Positions 29,763 through 39,537 of a stretch of DNA of 64,000 bases are shown piece after piece (within the stretch, counting starts at the first letter, position 1; each line of letters opens with the position of its first letter). Source of the DNA: an uncultured Eubacteriales bacterium (lineage in GTDB: Bacteria; Bacillota; Clostridia; Oscillospirales; QAKW01). The notes beneath the pieces were generated by a model, which was given only the letters and a program-made list of their open reading frames with translations, did no database searches and was not told where the DNA came from. The translations under genes and the position numbers were made by a program. The stretch is taken from the NCBI GenBank assembly GCA_964428505.1, contig CAYRYQ010000002.1:454-64453 (forward strand). The letters are read 5' to 3'.

Positions 29763-30302
29763 TTACTTCTCAAAAGGAGCGCCGAACATCGTCAGCATCT
29801 CTTTGGCTTCTTCGTCGGTTTTCGCCGTGGTGACGAAGACAATGTCCATTCCACGGATTTTATCCACCTTATCATACTCGATTTCGGGGAAGATCAGCTG
29901 CTCCTTAATACCGAAAGCATAATTGCCCCGGCCGTCAAAGCCATTGGCGTTAATGCCGCGGAAGTCCCGTACACGGGGCAGCGCGGTGTTGAAAAGACGA
30001 TCCAGAAACTCATACATCTTCGCTCCGCGCAACGTCACTTTCGCGCCGATGGCCATTCCTTCGCGGACCTTGAAGTTCGCAACGGATTTACGGGCTTTGG
30101 TGGGAACTGCTTTCTGACCGGTGATCAGCGCCAGCTCATTGCAGACACTGTCGATCACCTTGCTGTTGTCTTTTGCGTCGCCGCAGCCAACATTCAGCAC
30201 AATTTTATTCAGCTTCGGAATTTGCATCACACTCTTGTAAGCGAATTTCTTCATCAGGGCGGGAGCAATTTCGCTGCTGTATAATTCAGACATTCTTGAC
30301 AT
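29763..30302 (-). CDS. rplE: 50S ribosomal protein L5
   Basis: 179 aa, [13 protein letters not shown]...[17 protein letters not shown]. Confidence 0.95.
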   Translation of the reverse strand: MSRMSELYSSEIAPALMKKFAYKSVMQIPKLNKIVLNVGCGDAKDNSKVIDSVCNELALITGQKAVPTKARKSVANFKVREGMAIGAKVTLRGAKMYEFLDRLFNTALPRVRDFRGINANGFDGRGNYAFGIKEQLIFPEIEYDKVDKIRGMDIVFVTTAKTDEEAKEMLTMFGAPFEK

Positions 30303-30317
30303 CGTTTTTACTCCTCC

Positions 30318-30650
30318 TTAGAATACTTCGTTACAATCTTTATTTTTGCAGACACGTTTGGCAATTTTCTTATCGCCTTCCGTGATATAGGTATGGCCCA
30401 TCCGACCGGGGGTCTTGCACTTGGGGCAAACCAACTGCACCTTGGACGCGTAAATCGCGCCTTCGGCTTCGATCCGTCCGCCGGCCTCGCCCTGACGGCG
30501 GGGCTTCACATGCTTCACAACCATGTTGGCCTTCTCCACAATCACTTTCCCCTCTTTGGGGCTGACCTCCAGCACCTTCCCGCGAAGGCCCTTGGAAGCG
30601 CCGGAGAGTACCAGAACGGTATCACCTTTTTTAATATGCAGCTTGTTCAT
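30318..30650 (-). CDS. rplX: 50S ribosomal protein L24 (Cys-rich C-terminus)
   Basis: KOW motif HIKKGDTVLVLSGASKGLRGKV. The C-terminal part carries CPKC...CKNKDC. Confidence 0.9.
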   Translation of the reverse strand: MNKLHIKKGDTVLVLSGASKGLRGKVLEVSPKEGKVIVEKANMVVKHVKPRRQGEAGGRIEAEGAIYASKVQLVCPKCKTPGRMGHTYITEGDKKIAKRVCKNKDCNEVF

Positions 30651-30666
30651 TCTGATCGCACCTCCC

Positions 30667-31035
30667 TTACAGTACCTCAGGAGCCAACGACAGGATCTTG
30701 GTATAATCCTTATCTCTCAGCTCTCTGGCTACTGGCCCAAAGATACGGGTACCTCTGGGGTTTTTATCATCACGAATAATAACGGCGGCATTTTCATCGA
30801 AACGGATGAAGGAACCGTCCGCTCTCTTAATGCCTTTTACAGTGCGCACAACGACCGCTTTCACGACGTCACCTTTTTTAACGGTGCCGCCCGGAGCCGC
30901 CTTTTTGACAGAGCAAACAACTACATCGCCAATACTTGCGTATCTTCTTCTTGTGCCGCCAAGTACCCGGATGCACATCAGCTCTTTCGCACCGGTATTG
31001 TCGGCAACTTTAAGATAAGTTTGCTGTTGTATCAC
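30667..31035 (-). CDS. rplN: 50S ribosomal protein L14
   Basis: [27 protein letters not shown]... Confidence 0.95.
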   Translation of the reverse strand: MIQQQTYLKVADNTGAKELMCIRVLGGTRRRYASIGDVVVCSVKKAAPGGTVKKGDVVKAVVVRTVKGIKRADGSFIRFDENAAVIIRDDKNPRGTRIFGPVARELRDKDYTKILSLAPEVL

Positions 31036-31059
31036 GACTTAGTCCTCCTTAATCTTTCA

Positions 31060-31314
31060 TTATTTGGCCTTCTCAACGATCCGGACAAGGCGCCATCTTT
31101 TATCCTTGGAAAGAGGTCTGGTCTCCATAACCTCCACCGTATCCCCAATGCCGCACTCGTTATTTTCATCATGAGCCTTCAGCTTGTAGGTAGTCTTGAT
31201 AACCTTTTTATACAAAGGATGCTTTACATTGTCTGCAATGGCTACGACAATGGTTTTGTCCATCTTGTCGCTGACGACTTTACCCATACGGGTTTTTCTC
31301 AATGTTCTTTCCAT
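31060..31314 (-). CDS. rpsQ: 30S ribosomal protein S17
   Basis: [21 protein letters not shown]...HPLYKK. Confidence 0.95.
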   Translation of the reverse strand: MERTLRKTRMGKVVSDKMDKTIVVAIADNVKHPLYKKVIKTTYKLKAHDENNECGIGDTVEVMETRPLSKDKRWRLVRIVEKAK

Positions 31315-31335
31315 TCCATTTACTCCTTCATACCG

Positions 31336-31536
31336 TTACTTAGACTCACGGAGCTCAAGCGCGCGAAGAACCGTATTGACCCGCGCGATATCCTTCTTCA
31401 CGTCTGCAATCCGCTGGGGATTCTCCAGTTGGTTGGTCGCGTGTTGGAATTTCAGGTTAAAAAGCTCTTTTTTCAGATCCTTCAACTTCGCGTTCAGTTC
31501 CTCGCCGTTTAATTCTCTCACTTTATTAGCCTTCAT
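31336..31536 (-). CDS. rpmC: 50S ribosomal protein L29
   Basis: 66 aa, [28 protein letters not shown]. Confidence 0.9.
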   Translation of the reverse strand: MKANKVRELNGEELNAKLKDLKKELFNLKFQHATNQLENPQRIADVKKDIARVNTVLRALELRESK

Positions 31537-31964
31537 TCTTCTTCACCACCTGTTTCAGTTTCCTTGCTCACAAACTTGCATTTGATCGGCAGCTTGTGCA
31601 TCGCAAGACGCATGGCCTCGCGGGCCAGTTCCTCGGACACGTCTGCAATTTCAAACAGCACACGGCCCGGCTTCACCACTGCGACCCAATACTCCGGAGC
31701 ACCTTTACCGGAACCCATCCGCACTTCGGCAGGCTTCTTGGTAACCGGCTTATCCGGAAAGACCTTGATCCAGACCCGGCCGCCTCTTTTGAGGTAACGG
31801 GTCATGGCAACACGGGCGGCTTCAATCTGATTGCTGGTAATCCAGGCAGGCTCCATCGCCTGCAAACCGAAATCCCCGTAGGAAACCGTGTTGCCGCGGG
31901 TTGCTTTGCCCCGCATCCGGCCCCTCTGTTGCTTTCTGTATTTTACTCTTTTCGGAATTAACAT
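31533..31964 (-). CDS. rplP: 50S ribosomal protein L16
   Basis: [25 protein letters not shown]... Confidence 0.95.
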   Translation of the reverse strand: MLIPKRVKYRKQQRGRMRGKATRGNTVSYGDFGLQAMEPAWITSNQIEAARVAMTRYLKRGGRVWIKVFPDKPVTKKPAEVRMGSGKGAPEYWVAVVKPGRVLFEIADVSEELAREAMRLAMHKLPIKCKFVSKETETGGEEE

Positions 31965-32638
31965 TACTTAGCTCCCCCTTCTTTTTTCGGAGCCTTTTTG
32001 ACATCAGCTAGGATCTCCCCTTTGTAGATCCAGACCTTTACGCCGATTTTACCGTAGGTGGTATTGGCCTCGGTAAAGCCGTAGTCAATATCCGCTCTCA
32101 AAGTCTGCAGAGGAATGGTTCCCTCGTGGTAGCTTTCGCTTCTGGCGATTTCAGCACCGTTCAAACGGCCGGCCACCATCACTTTGATGCCCTTTGCGCC
32201 GGTTCTCATGGTATTGCCGATTGCCTTTTTCATGGCCCGGCGGAAGGCAATCCGCTTTTCCAGCTGCTGGGCAATGGATTCTGCCACCAGCTGTGCGCAG
32301 GTATCCATATTCTTGACTTCCACAATATTGATGTTGACCTTTTTGCCGGTCATCTCCATCAATTCCTTCTTCAGCTTCTCGATCTCCGCGCCGCCGCGGC
32401 CGATCACCAGCCCGGGCTTGGCGCAGTGCAGAAAAATCCGAATGCTGCTGCCGTCTGCGGTTCTCTCGATTTCAATCGTGGGAATCCCGGCCGTATACAG
32501 CTTCTTTTTCAGAAATTTCCGGATGTTGTAATCTTCCAGAATCAGATCACCGACTTTGCCGTCTGCCGCAATCCATCTGGAATCCCAGTTTTTAATAACG
32601 CCGACTCTTAAGCCATGCGGATTTACTTTCTGACCCAT
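31964..32638 (-). CDS. rpsC: 30S ribosomal protein S3
   Basis: [22 protein letters not shown]... Confidence 0.95.
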   Translation of the reverse strand: MGQKVNPHGLRVGVIKNWDSRWIAADGKVGDLILEDYNIRKFLKKKLYTAGIPTIEIERTADGSSIRIFLHCAKPGLVIGRGGAEIEKLKKELMEMTGKKVNINIVEVKNMDTCAQLVAESIAQQLEKRIAFRRAMKKAIGNTMRTGAKGIKVMVAGRLNGAEIARSESYHEGTIPLQTLRADIDYGFTEANTTYGKIGVKVWIYKGEILADVKKAPKKEGGAK

Positions 32639-32641
32639 CTC

Positions 32642-32974
32642 TTACGCCTCCTCCAATACAATTGTCACATGAGAGGTTCTCTTATTGATGCGGAACGCTC
32701 TCCCCTGTGCTCTGGGCATGATTCTTTTTAAAATCGGGCCGGGGCAGGCATAACACTTTGCCACAACCAGTTTATCCACATCCATGCCGTGATTGTTTTC
32801 GGCGTTTGCCATCGCGCTCTTCAGCAGCTTGTAAACCGGCTCGCTGGCCGCCTTCTGCGTATTCTGCAGAATCGCCACCGCGTATTTCGCGGGCTTATTA
32901 CGGATCAGATCCAAAACCACGCTCACTTTACGAGGAGAGATTCTCAGATATTTTAAATGCGCTATCGCTTCCAT
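32642..32974 (-). CDS. rplV: 50S ribosomal protein L22
   Basis: LRISPRKVSVVLDLIRNKP...RAQGRAFRINKRTSHVTIVL. Confidence 0.95.
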   Translation of the reverse strand: MEAIAHLKYLRISPRKVSVVLDLIRNKPAKYAVAILQNTQKAASEPVYKLLKSAMANAENNHGMDVDKLVVAKCYACPGPILKRIMPRAQGRAFRINKRTSHVTIVLEEA

Positions 32975-32988
32975 TTGTTCTTCCTCCC

Positions 32989-33261
32989 TTACTTTGTGGT
33001 TTTGGAGCCCGCATGGCCCCGGAATGTTCTGGTGGGCGCAAACTCGCCCAATTTATGACCAACCATATCCTCGGTAATATATACAGGCACATGCTTTCTG
33101 CCGTCGTGAACGGCAATGGTATGACCTACGAAATCCGGAAAGATGGTGGATGCTCTGGACCAGCTCTTGAAGACTCTCTTTTCGCCGGCCTCGTTCATTG
33201 CCTGAACTCTTGCTAAAAGCTTGGAATCCACAAAAGGACCCTTTTTCACACTTCTACCCAT
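32989..33261 (-). CDS. rpsS: 30S ribosomal protein S19
   Basis: [12 protein letters not shown]...[33 protein letters not shown]. Confidence 0.95.
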   Translation of the reverse strand: MGRSVKKGPFVDSKLLARVQAMNEAGEKRVFKSWSRASTIFPDFVGHTIAVHDGRKHVPVYITEDMVGHKLGEFAPTRTFRGHAGSKTTK

Positions 33262-33283
33262 TTTCTATATGCCTCCTTCCAGA

Positions 33284-34117
33284 TTACTTCGCATTCCGAC
33301 GTTTGATAATAAACTTGTCGGTCTTGGCCTTTTTGCTTCTGGTCTTATAGCCCAAAGTGGGTTTGCCCCAAGGGGTAACAGGACCGCTGCGGCCGATCGG
33401 CGATTTCCCTTCGCCACCGCCATGGGGGTGATCGCAGGGGTTCATTACAGAGCCGCGCACCGAGGGACGGATCCCCATATGCCGCTTTCTGCCGGCCTTG
33501 CCGATCGAGACGTTGGCGTGCTCCCCATTGGAAACCACGCCGATCACCGCGGTGCAGTCCAGCCGAACCAGGCGCACTTCACCGGAGGGCAGACGAATCT
33601 GCGCATATCCGTTTTCCTTTGCCATCAGCTGCGCGCTGCTGCCGGCGGAACGCACCATCTGCGCGCCCTTGCCGGGATACAGCTCCACGTTATGAATCAC
33701 GGTGCCAACCGGAATATATTCCAGCGGCAGTTGGTTGCCCGGCTTGATATCTGCGTTCACACTGGCAACCACCCGATCGCCAACCTTCAAGCCTTCGGGG
33801 CAGATGATATAGGCCTTCTCGCCGTCCTCATATTGCAGCAGGGCAATAAACGCGGTGCGGTTGGGGTCATACTGAATGGAGGTCACCGTAGCGGCCACAT
33901 CCGGCTTGGTTCTCTTAAAATCAATTATTCTGTATTTTGCTTTGTTACCGCCACCCTGATGACGCACGGTAATGCGGCCATAGCTGTTTCTGCCGGCATT
34001 ACTTTTCCCCTTCGCCAGCAAAGAACGCTCGGGGGCATCCTTAGACAGAGAGCTGTAGTCCACATTGGTCATCTGGCGTCTGGCCGGAGAAGTCGGTTTA
34101 TAAGTTTTCATTGCCAT
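33284..34117 (-). CDS. rplB: 50S ribosomal protein L2
   Basis: 277 aa, [16 protein letters not shown]...[16 protein letters not shown]. Confidence 0.95.
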   Translation of the reverse strand: MAMKTYKPTSPARRQMTNVDYSSLSKDAPERSLLAKGKSNAGRNSYGRITVRHQGGGNKAKYRIIDFKRTKPDVAATVTSIQYDPNRTAFIALLQYEDGEKAYIICPEGLKVGDRVVASVNADIKPGNQLPLEYIPVGTVIHNVELYPGKGAQMVRSAGSSAQLMAKENGYAQIRLPSGEVRLVRLDCTAVIGVVSNGEHANVSIGKAGRKRHMGIRPSVRGSVMNPCDHPHGGGEGKSPIGRSGPVTPWGKPTLGYKTRSKKAKTDKFIIKRRNAK

Positions 34118-34130
34118 AACATGCTCCTCC

Positions 34131-34424
34131 TTACATCATGCCGTCAAAGAACTCAATGGTCTTTGAATCAGCAGTCAATTTCACATAGGCTTTCTTCCAT
34201 GCGGCAGTTTTGCCCGCATGAACGCCCACTCTTTTATCTTTGCCCAATACATTCACAGTGGTAACCTTCTCAACCTGAACCTTAAAGATTTCCTCCACCG
34301 CTTTTTTGATCTCGATTTTATTTGCATCCTTGGCAACTTTAAAGGCATAGGTTTTATCCTGCATGGAAGCCATGGACTTTTCCGAGACAATGGGTTTCAT
34401 AATAATATCATAGCTTGATTTCAT
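34131..34424 (-). CDS. rplW: 50S ribosomal protein L23
   Basis: 97 aa, [13 protein letters not shown]...[20 protein letters not shown]. Confidence 0.9.
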   Translation of the reverse strand: MKSSYDIIMKPIVSEKSMASMQDKTYAFKVAKDANKIEIKKAVEEIFKVQVEKVTTVNVLGKDKRVGVHAGKTAAWKKAYVKLTADSKTIEFFDGMM

Positions 34425-35044
34425 TATGCATAAACCTCCTCAAGTTGCTTTATGGCATCCTGCGTCAGGATTAAGGTGTCGTGCTTCAGAATGTCATAAG
34501 TGTTGATGGTGTTTACACGGGCTGCTTTTACGCCGGGAATATTGGCGGCGCTCTTTACAAAGCAAGCGTTGGTCACGCTGTTTACCACCAGGGCATTCTT
34601 AGCGTTCAGCGCCTTCATCATGTCCACAACCGTCTTTGTTTTATAGTCGTCCATTTCGATTTTATCCAGAATGATCAGCTTGCCTTCCGCCAGCTTGGAA
34701 GAAAGCGCAGACAACAGCGCCAGCTTCTTTACCTTCCGGTTCAGGCTGAACCGATAAGACCGGGGCTTGGGCGCAAATACCACACCGCCATGGGTCCATT
34801 GCGGGCTGCGGGTGGAACCCTGTCTTGCCCGACCGGTGCCCTTTTGTCTCCAAGGCTTCGCGCCGCCGCCGGATACTTCCGAACGTGTCAACGCCGACTG
34901 GGTGCCCTGCCGCTGATTGGCCAGAAAATTGGTCACAGCCATGTGCATGGCTACTGCGTTCACTTTCACGCAAAAAATGGAATCCGCAAGGTCCATGGTG
35001 GACACCTTGGCGCCACTCATATCGAATACATCTACGTTAGCCAT
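34424..35044 (-). CDS. rplD: 50S ribosomal protein L4
   Basis: 206 aa, RQGTQSALTRSEVSGGGAKPWRQKGTGRARQGS. Confidence 0.95.
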   Translation of the reverse strand: MANVDVFDMSGAKVSTMDLADSIFCVKVNAVAMHMAVTNFLANQRQGTQSALTRSEVSGGGAKPWRQKGTGRARQGSTRSPQWTHGGVVFAPKPRSYRFSLNRKVKKLALLSALSSKLAEGKLIILDKIEMDDYKTKTVVDMMKALNAKNALVVNSVTNACFVKSAANIPGVKAARVNTINTYDILKHDTLILTQDAIKQLEEVYA

Positions 35045-35061
35045 TAACTTTTCCCCCTTAC

Positions 35062-35697
35062 TTAACCATTTTTGACGGTGTCTTTAACAGTGACAATCGA
35101 GCCCTTCGGGCCCGGGATCGCACCTTTGACTACCAATAAATTGTTCTCGGCGTCGATTTTCACAACGTCCAGATTCTGAACCGTCACCTGCACGGCGCCC
35201 ATATGTCCCGGCATTTTCTTTCCCTTATAAATACGGGAAGGAGAAGAGCAGGCACCCATGGAACCCGCATGACGATGAACCGGGCCGCCGCCGTGGGTCA
35301 TCGGGCCGCGATGGCCGTTATACTTTTTAATCGTACCGGCAAAGCCCTTACCCTTGGAAACGCCGGTTACGTCCACACAGCTGCCCACTGCAAAAGTGTC
35401 TGCCGTGACCAGGTCTCCCACCTGAAAGGTGTCCGCATCTTCCACACGAAACTCTTTTAATACTTTTTTATAGGCAACGCCCGCTTTATCAAAGTGCCCC
35501 TTTAAAGGCTTGGTTACTTTGTTCTCGCTCAGATCCGCAAACCCCAGCTGCAGCGAAGCATAGCCATCGTTTTCCACCGTTTTCTTCTGAACCACGGTGC
35601 AGGGCCCTGCCTGAATGACTGTGACCGGGATTACATTGCCCACTTCATCAAAGACCTGGGTCATCCCGATTTTCTTACCGATAATACCTTTCTTCAT
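35062..35697 (-). CDS. rplC: 50S ribosomal protein L3
   Basis: [28 protein letters not shown]... Confidence 0.95.
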   Translation of the reverse strand: MKKGIIGKKIGMTQVFDEVGNVIPVTVIQAGPCTVVQKKTVENDGYASLQLGFADLSENKVTKPLKGHFDKAGVAYKKVLKEFRVEDADTFQVGDLVTADTFAVGSCVDVTGVSKGKGFAGTIKKYNGHRGPMTHGGGPVHRHAGSMGACSSPSRIYKGKKMPGHMGAVQVTVQNLDVVKIDAENNLLVVKGAIPGPKGSIVTVKDTVKNG

Positions 35698-35758
35698 TGT
35701 TCATACCTCCATTTGGTTATTGGTTGATTTCCATCAACTTGACCTTCGCGACGGCTCT

Positions 35759-36064
35759 TTACAGCTTGATCTCAAGCTCAACGCCGGCAGGAAGTTCCAC
35801 ACTTGCCAAAGCTTCCGCTGTTTTCGCGGCGGGCTTCACGATATCGATCAGACGCTTATGTGTTCTTCTTTCGAATTGCTCTCTGGAATCCTTGTACTTA
35901 TGCACCGCGCGCAGAATTGTTACGATCTCTTTCTTGCTCGGAAGAGGGATCGGTCCGGACACCACGGCTCCGGTTCTCTGTGCAGTCTCCAGGATCTTCT
36001 GAGCCGCCTGATCCACCAGCGTGGAATCATAGCCCTTAATTCTGATTCTGATTTTGTCAGCCAT
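35759..36064 (-). CDS. rpsJ: 30S ribosomal protein S10
   Basis: [33 protein letters not shown]... First gene of the S10 operon. Confidence 0.95.
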   Translation of the reverse strand: MADKIRIRIKGYDSTLVDQAAQKILETAQRTGAVVSGPIPLPSKKEIVTILRAVHKYKDSREQFERRTHKRLIDIVKPAAKTAEALASVELPAGVELEIKL

Positions 36065-36374
36065 TCTTGATTGCCTCCTTTTAAAATTTGACCTGATGGT
36101 TCAAGACGACTTTGACGGAAAAATTTTAACACATAGCCGGGTGTTTCACCGGAGAGCTAAAATAAATCGGACCTTCTCGTCCGTTCGCCAGGCACGCATT
36201 CCAAAAGCGGCTTTCACGGGGAAACCGTGCAGTTCCAAGGACCGCGTCCTATTCTTTTCCAATCGTCGCCCGGTTTAATAAACCGAACTGCTCCACGGAA
36301 ATTCCCCATATCCATCCGGAAAATCGATGGTATGGCCACCTCCCGCTTCATCGCATCCACAGTCATGCCTATAT

Positions 36375-36403
36375 ATAATATCACACTCGTCCGGGAATTT
36401 CAA
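36375..36403 (-). promoter_or_regulatory. predicted strong sigma-A promoter of the S10-spc-alpha operon
   Basis: On the minus strand, TTGAAA, 17 nt, TATTAT with an extended -10 (TGaTATTAT), about 300 nt upstream of the rpsJ ATG. Confidence 0.55.
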
Positions 36404-36535
36404 GGATTATTTTTAGTTTTTTTGTTTTTTAAAAAGGACGCTGTTTTTTTGCTGCAGGGACCCGAAAGCAGCTGAAATCATTTTACAGCCGGCCCCTGTG
36501 ATTCCAATTACAACCATTTATATAATAATCCCGTC

Positions 36536-36564
36536 TTTACTTCTTATGAAAATTATGTTAAAAT
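36536..36564 (+). promoter_or_regulatory. predicted promoter of the nucleotidyltransferase-nahK pair
   Basis: TTTACT, 17 nt, TAAAAT with an upstream TG (TGtTAAAAT), about 40 nt before the AGGAGG RBS. Confidence 0.4.
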
Positions 36565-36607
36565 ATAGAAGCGTTTAAAGTTTAAAAATATTTAGGAGGT
36601 CTCATTG

Positions 36608-37534
36608 ATGAACGAGCCTATTTTAGTGATTATGGCAGCCGGTATGGGAAGCCGTTATGGAGGACTGAAGCAAATTGATCCGGTCGATCCCGAAGGCCAT
36701 ATTATTATGGACTTTTCTGTTTTTGACGCGGTCAAAGCCGGATTTAAAAAGATCGTTTTTGTAATCAAGAAAGAGATTGAAAAAGATTTTAAAGAAACCA
36801 TCGGATACCGCCTGGAAAAACGGGTGGAGGTTCACTACATCTTTCAGGAAATGAATAAAATTCCAGAAGGGCTGATCACCATTCCAGAGGGCCGCGTGAA
36901 ACCTTGGGGGACAGGCCACGCCATTCTTTGCTGCAAAGACGTTTTGGACGCGCCCTTCGCCGTGATCAACGCCGACGATTTTTACGGACGAGACGCCTTT
37001 GTGCAGCTTTACCATTTTTTGAAAACAACCGAAGAAGCTGCGCCGATGCAAATTGCGATGGTGGGCTATGTATTGGAAAACACCCTTACCGATCACGGCC
37101 ATGTGGCGCGGGGGGTTTGCCAGGTCAGCGATGACGGGCATCTTCTGAAAATTGATGAGCGGACCATGATCCAAAAGACCAACGGGCAGGCCCATTATTC
37201 CGAAGACGGCGGCATTTCCTTCCATCCCGTTCCCAATGACGCGCCGGTATCCATGAATATGTGGGGATTTCCTCTCGCTTATTTAAGGGTTCTGGAAGAA
37301 AAATTTCCGCTTTTTTTGAAAAAGGTCGTGAAAGAAAATCCGCTGAAGGGCGAATTTTATTTGCCGGTTGTTGTGGATGAGCTGCTGCGGGAAAACGCAG
37401 CGGAGGTCACGGTTCTGCACAGTGCCGATAAATGGTTTGGCGTCACCTATAAGGAAGACAAACCGCAAGTAGAAAAAGGGGTTCAGGCTTTAAAGGCTGC
37501 CGGGCGCTATCCGGAGAAGCTTTGGGAGGAATAA
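36608..37534 (+). CDS. sugar-1-phosphate nucleotidyltransferase (NTP-transferase fold)
   Basis: N-terminal ILVIMAAGMGSRYGGLKQ (GxGxR nucleotide-binding loop) and INADDFYG. ATG at 36608 is preferred over the TTG at 36605 (AGGAGG 8 nt upstream). The substrate is not determinable by eye. Confidence 0.65.
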   Translation: MNEPILVIMAAGMGSRYGGLKQIDPVDPEGHIIMDFSVFDAVKAGFKKIVFVIKKEIEKDFKETIGYRLEKRVEVHYIFQEMNKIPEGLITIPEGRVKPWGTGHAILCCKDVLDAPFAVINADDFYGRDAFVQLYHFLKTTEEAAPMQIAMVGYVLENTLTDHGHVARGVCQVSDDGHLLKIDERTMIQKTNGQAHYSEDGGISFHPVPNDAPVSMNMWGFPLAYLRVLEEKFPLFLKKVVKENPLKGEFYLPVVVDELLRENAAEVTVLHSADKWFGVTYKEDKPQVEKGVQALKAAGRYPEKLWEE

Positions 37535-37537
37535 GTT

Positions 37538-38620
37538 ATGTCGTGGGATCTGCAATCTGTTATTCAGGCTTTTGCCTTTGACAGTTCTGTCATAAAAACA
37601 GAGCCTTTTGGGAGCGGTCATATTAACGACACGCTTTTGGTGACCACCCAAAAAGGAAGCCAGTATATTTTGCAAAAAATGAACACCTATGTCTTTTCCG
37701 ATCCGCAGGGGCTGATGGAAAATGTCTTCGGCGTCACAGAGTTTTTGAAAAAGCGAATCGTGGAGATGGGTGGGAATCCCAATCGGGAAACTTTGACCTT
37801 TATTCAGACCCGCAAAGGAGAGCTTTACTTTAACGGCCCGGAGGGTGCATGGCGCGCTTACCGGTTCCAGAGCGGATTATTGGCGCTGAACGCGGCCCGC
37901 TCTCCCATGGATTTTTATGCCAGTGGTAAAGCCTATGGGCGGTTTCAGTCGTTACTTGCCGATTACCCCGCCGAAACGCTGCATGAGACCATCCCCCATT
38001 TTCACGACACCCCCGCCAGAATGCGGCAATTGCGTGATGCTGTGAAAAACAATCATCATCAACGGGCAGCGCAGGCCGTTGATGAAATCAACTTTGCACT
38101 GGATCGGGAAGACGCTTCCACTCTCATTATGGATCTGCAGCATCAGGGGAAGCTCCCTTTACGGGTCACCCATAACGATACCAAATTGAATAATGTTTTG
38201 CTGGATCCGCAAACCGGTGAAGGAATTTGCGTGATTGATCTGGACACCGTCATGCCGGGTCAGGCCATTTTTGATTTTGGTGATTCTATTCGCTATGGTG
38301 CATCCACTGCGGCCGAAGATGAGCAGGATTTATCTAAAGTACATTTGGATTTGGAGCTGTTTTCGGCCTATACCAAAGGCTTTTTAGAAGGCTGCGGCGA
38401 CGTTCTGACCCACACTGAAAAAGCGCTGCTGCCCACCGGCGCATGGATGATGACGCTGGAATGCGGCATCCGCTTTTTAACAGACTATCTGAATGGCGAC
38501 ATCTATTTCAAGACTGCCTACCCGGAGCATAATTTGGTCCGCGCCCGCACGCAATTCAAGCTAGTGCAGGAGATGGAGCAGCTGCAGGATCAGATGCAGA
38601 CCATTGTTGCGCAGCAATAA
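37538..38620 (+). CDS. nahK: N-acetylhexosamine 1-kinase-like (APH-fold anomeric sugar kinase)
   Basis: 360 aa, collinear with my recollection of Bifidobacterium longum NahK: EPFGSGHINDT, YILQKMN, HFHDTPARM, LRVTHNDTKLNNVLLD, IDLDTVMPG, FDFGDSIRYGASTAAEDEQDLSKVH, YPEHNLVRARTQFKLVQEMEQ. Confidence 0.75.
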   Translation: MSWDLQSVIQAFAFDSSVIKTEPFGSGHINDTLLVTTQKGSQYILQKMNTYVFSDPQGLMENVFGVTEFLKKRIVEMGGNPNRETLTFIQTRKGELYFNGPEGAWRAYRFQSGLLALNAARSPMDFYASGKAYGRFQSLLADYPAETLHETIPHFHDTPARMRQLRDAVKNNHHQRAAQAVDEINFALDREDASTLIMDLQHQGKLPLRVTHNDTKLNNVLLDPQTGEGICVIDLDTVMPGQAIFDFGDSIRYGASTAAEDEQDLSKVHLDLELFSAYTKGFLEGCGDVLTHTEKALLPTGAWMMTLECGIRFLTDYLNGDIYFKTAYPEHNLVRARTQFKLVQEMEQLQDQMQTIVAQQ

Positions 38621-38770
38621 TGGCATTTTTGGTGGCCCTGTTTCCTGATCGGCCTGTATTCCTTTGAAGTGTTCCCTTTTGGCAAAAGTCGAAATGATCT
38701 TTTGCAAGAGGATTCGCCGCATTATTTGAATTTTTATTTCCTAAGAGCCGCCAGCCTTTGTGTGATCAGC

Positions 38771-38829
38771 AAAAACAGATCCCCTGTTTTGGCATAAATA
38801 GAATGCCGAAACAGGGGATCTGTTTTTTT
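38771..38829 (+). terminator. intrinsic terminator after nahK
   Basis: 19-bp perfect stem aaaaacagatcccctgttt / aaacaggggatctgttttt, followed by a T-run. Confidence 0.7.
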
Positions 38830-39181
38830 GCTCTGCCCTCATGAATTCGTTTTGTCTTTTTGACTGCGGATCATGTGATATTTTAAAAAAACAGTGGGTT
38901 TCTTCTGCATTATTCTATTTTTGAATATACCAACAAGATTTGTATCAATCCTGTTGCTCCGGCTGAACCGCAGTCTTCATTCGACCATAGAAGGCCGGCT
39001 GCCGGCAAGCGGCTCAAGACGCGCTGCATTTTTTGCACCGGCATTGCTTCCCTCACCACCCGCGAACAGACCGTTTTACCTTTTTTGATCATCGCCGCCG
39101 GCAGGCGGCAGGGCTCAATGCATGAAACGTAGTGCGCATGAAAATAAATTCTGGTCAAGACGGAAGTTTTGAAAAATCCAT

Positions 39182-39223
39182 AAGAGGCCTCCCGCTGTTT
39201 AAAACAGCAGAGAGGCCTCTTAA
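39182..39223. repeat. degenerate second copy of the palindromic element found after the SLH-protein gene
   Basis: aagaggcctcccgctgtttaaaacagcagagaggcctcttaa compared with gaggcctcccgctgtttgaaacagcgggaggcctcttaa at 39488-39526. Confidence 0.6.
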
Positions 39224-39487
39224 ACTGTCAAAAAAGTCCCGCACCGCAAAAATTATAAAGAGAAAAATTGGTTTTCACAAAAGGTAAGTTACTCTTAAAA
39301 AATTGATTCGGCAGCCAAGAAAAATAAAAATGCGGCGTTTTGCCGCATAAAATCAACTCTTTTGCTTACTACGTCCATGCCACCTTACCGTATCAACATA
39401 CGCCGACAGGCGGCATGTGTTCTGGTCTGCGTGCTTCTTAACTGTCTCGAGAGCTTGTCAAAAAACGCGTTTTTCGACAAACTCTCG

Positions 39488-39522
39488 AGGCCTCCCGCTG
39501 TTTGAAACAGCGGGAGGCCTCT
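39488..39522 (-). terminator. terminator-like perfect hairpin after the SLH-protein gene
   Basis: 17-nt arms gaggcctcccgctgttt / aaacagcgggaggcctc, starting 12 nt after the stop at 39538. The trailing U-tract is weak, and a second imperfect palindrome follows at about 39443-39490. Confidence 0.5.
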
Positions 39523-39537
39523 TAACATCATGAATGA

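Noticed and set aside
38894-39158. Overlapping 64-aa (+) and 82-aa (-) ORFs in the nahK / surface-protein intergenic region.
   Set aside because: They have non-ATG or RBS-less starts, they overlap each other, and they show no recognisable motifs. I treated them as non-coding or possible gene remnants. See the finding on this region.
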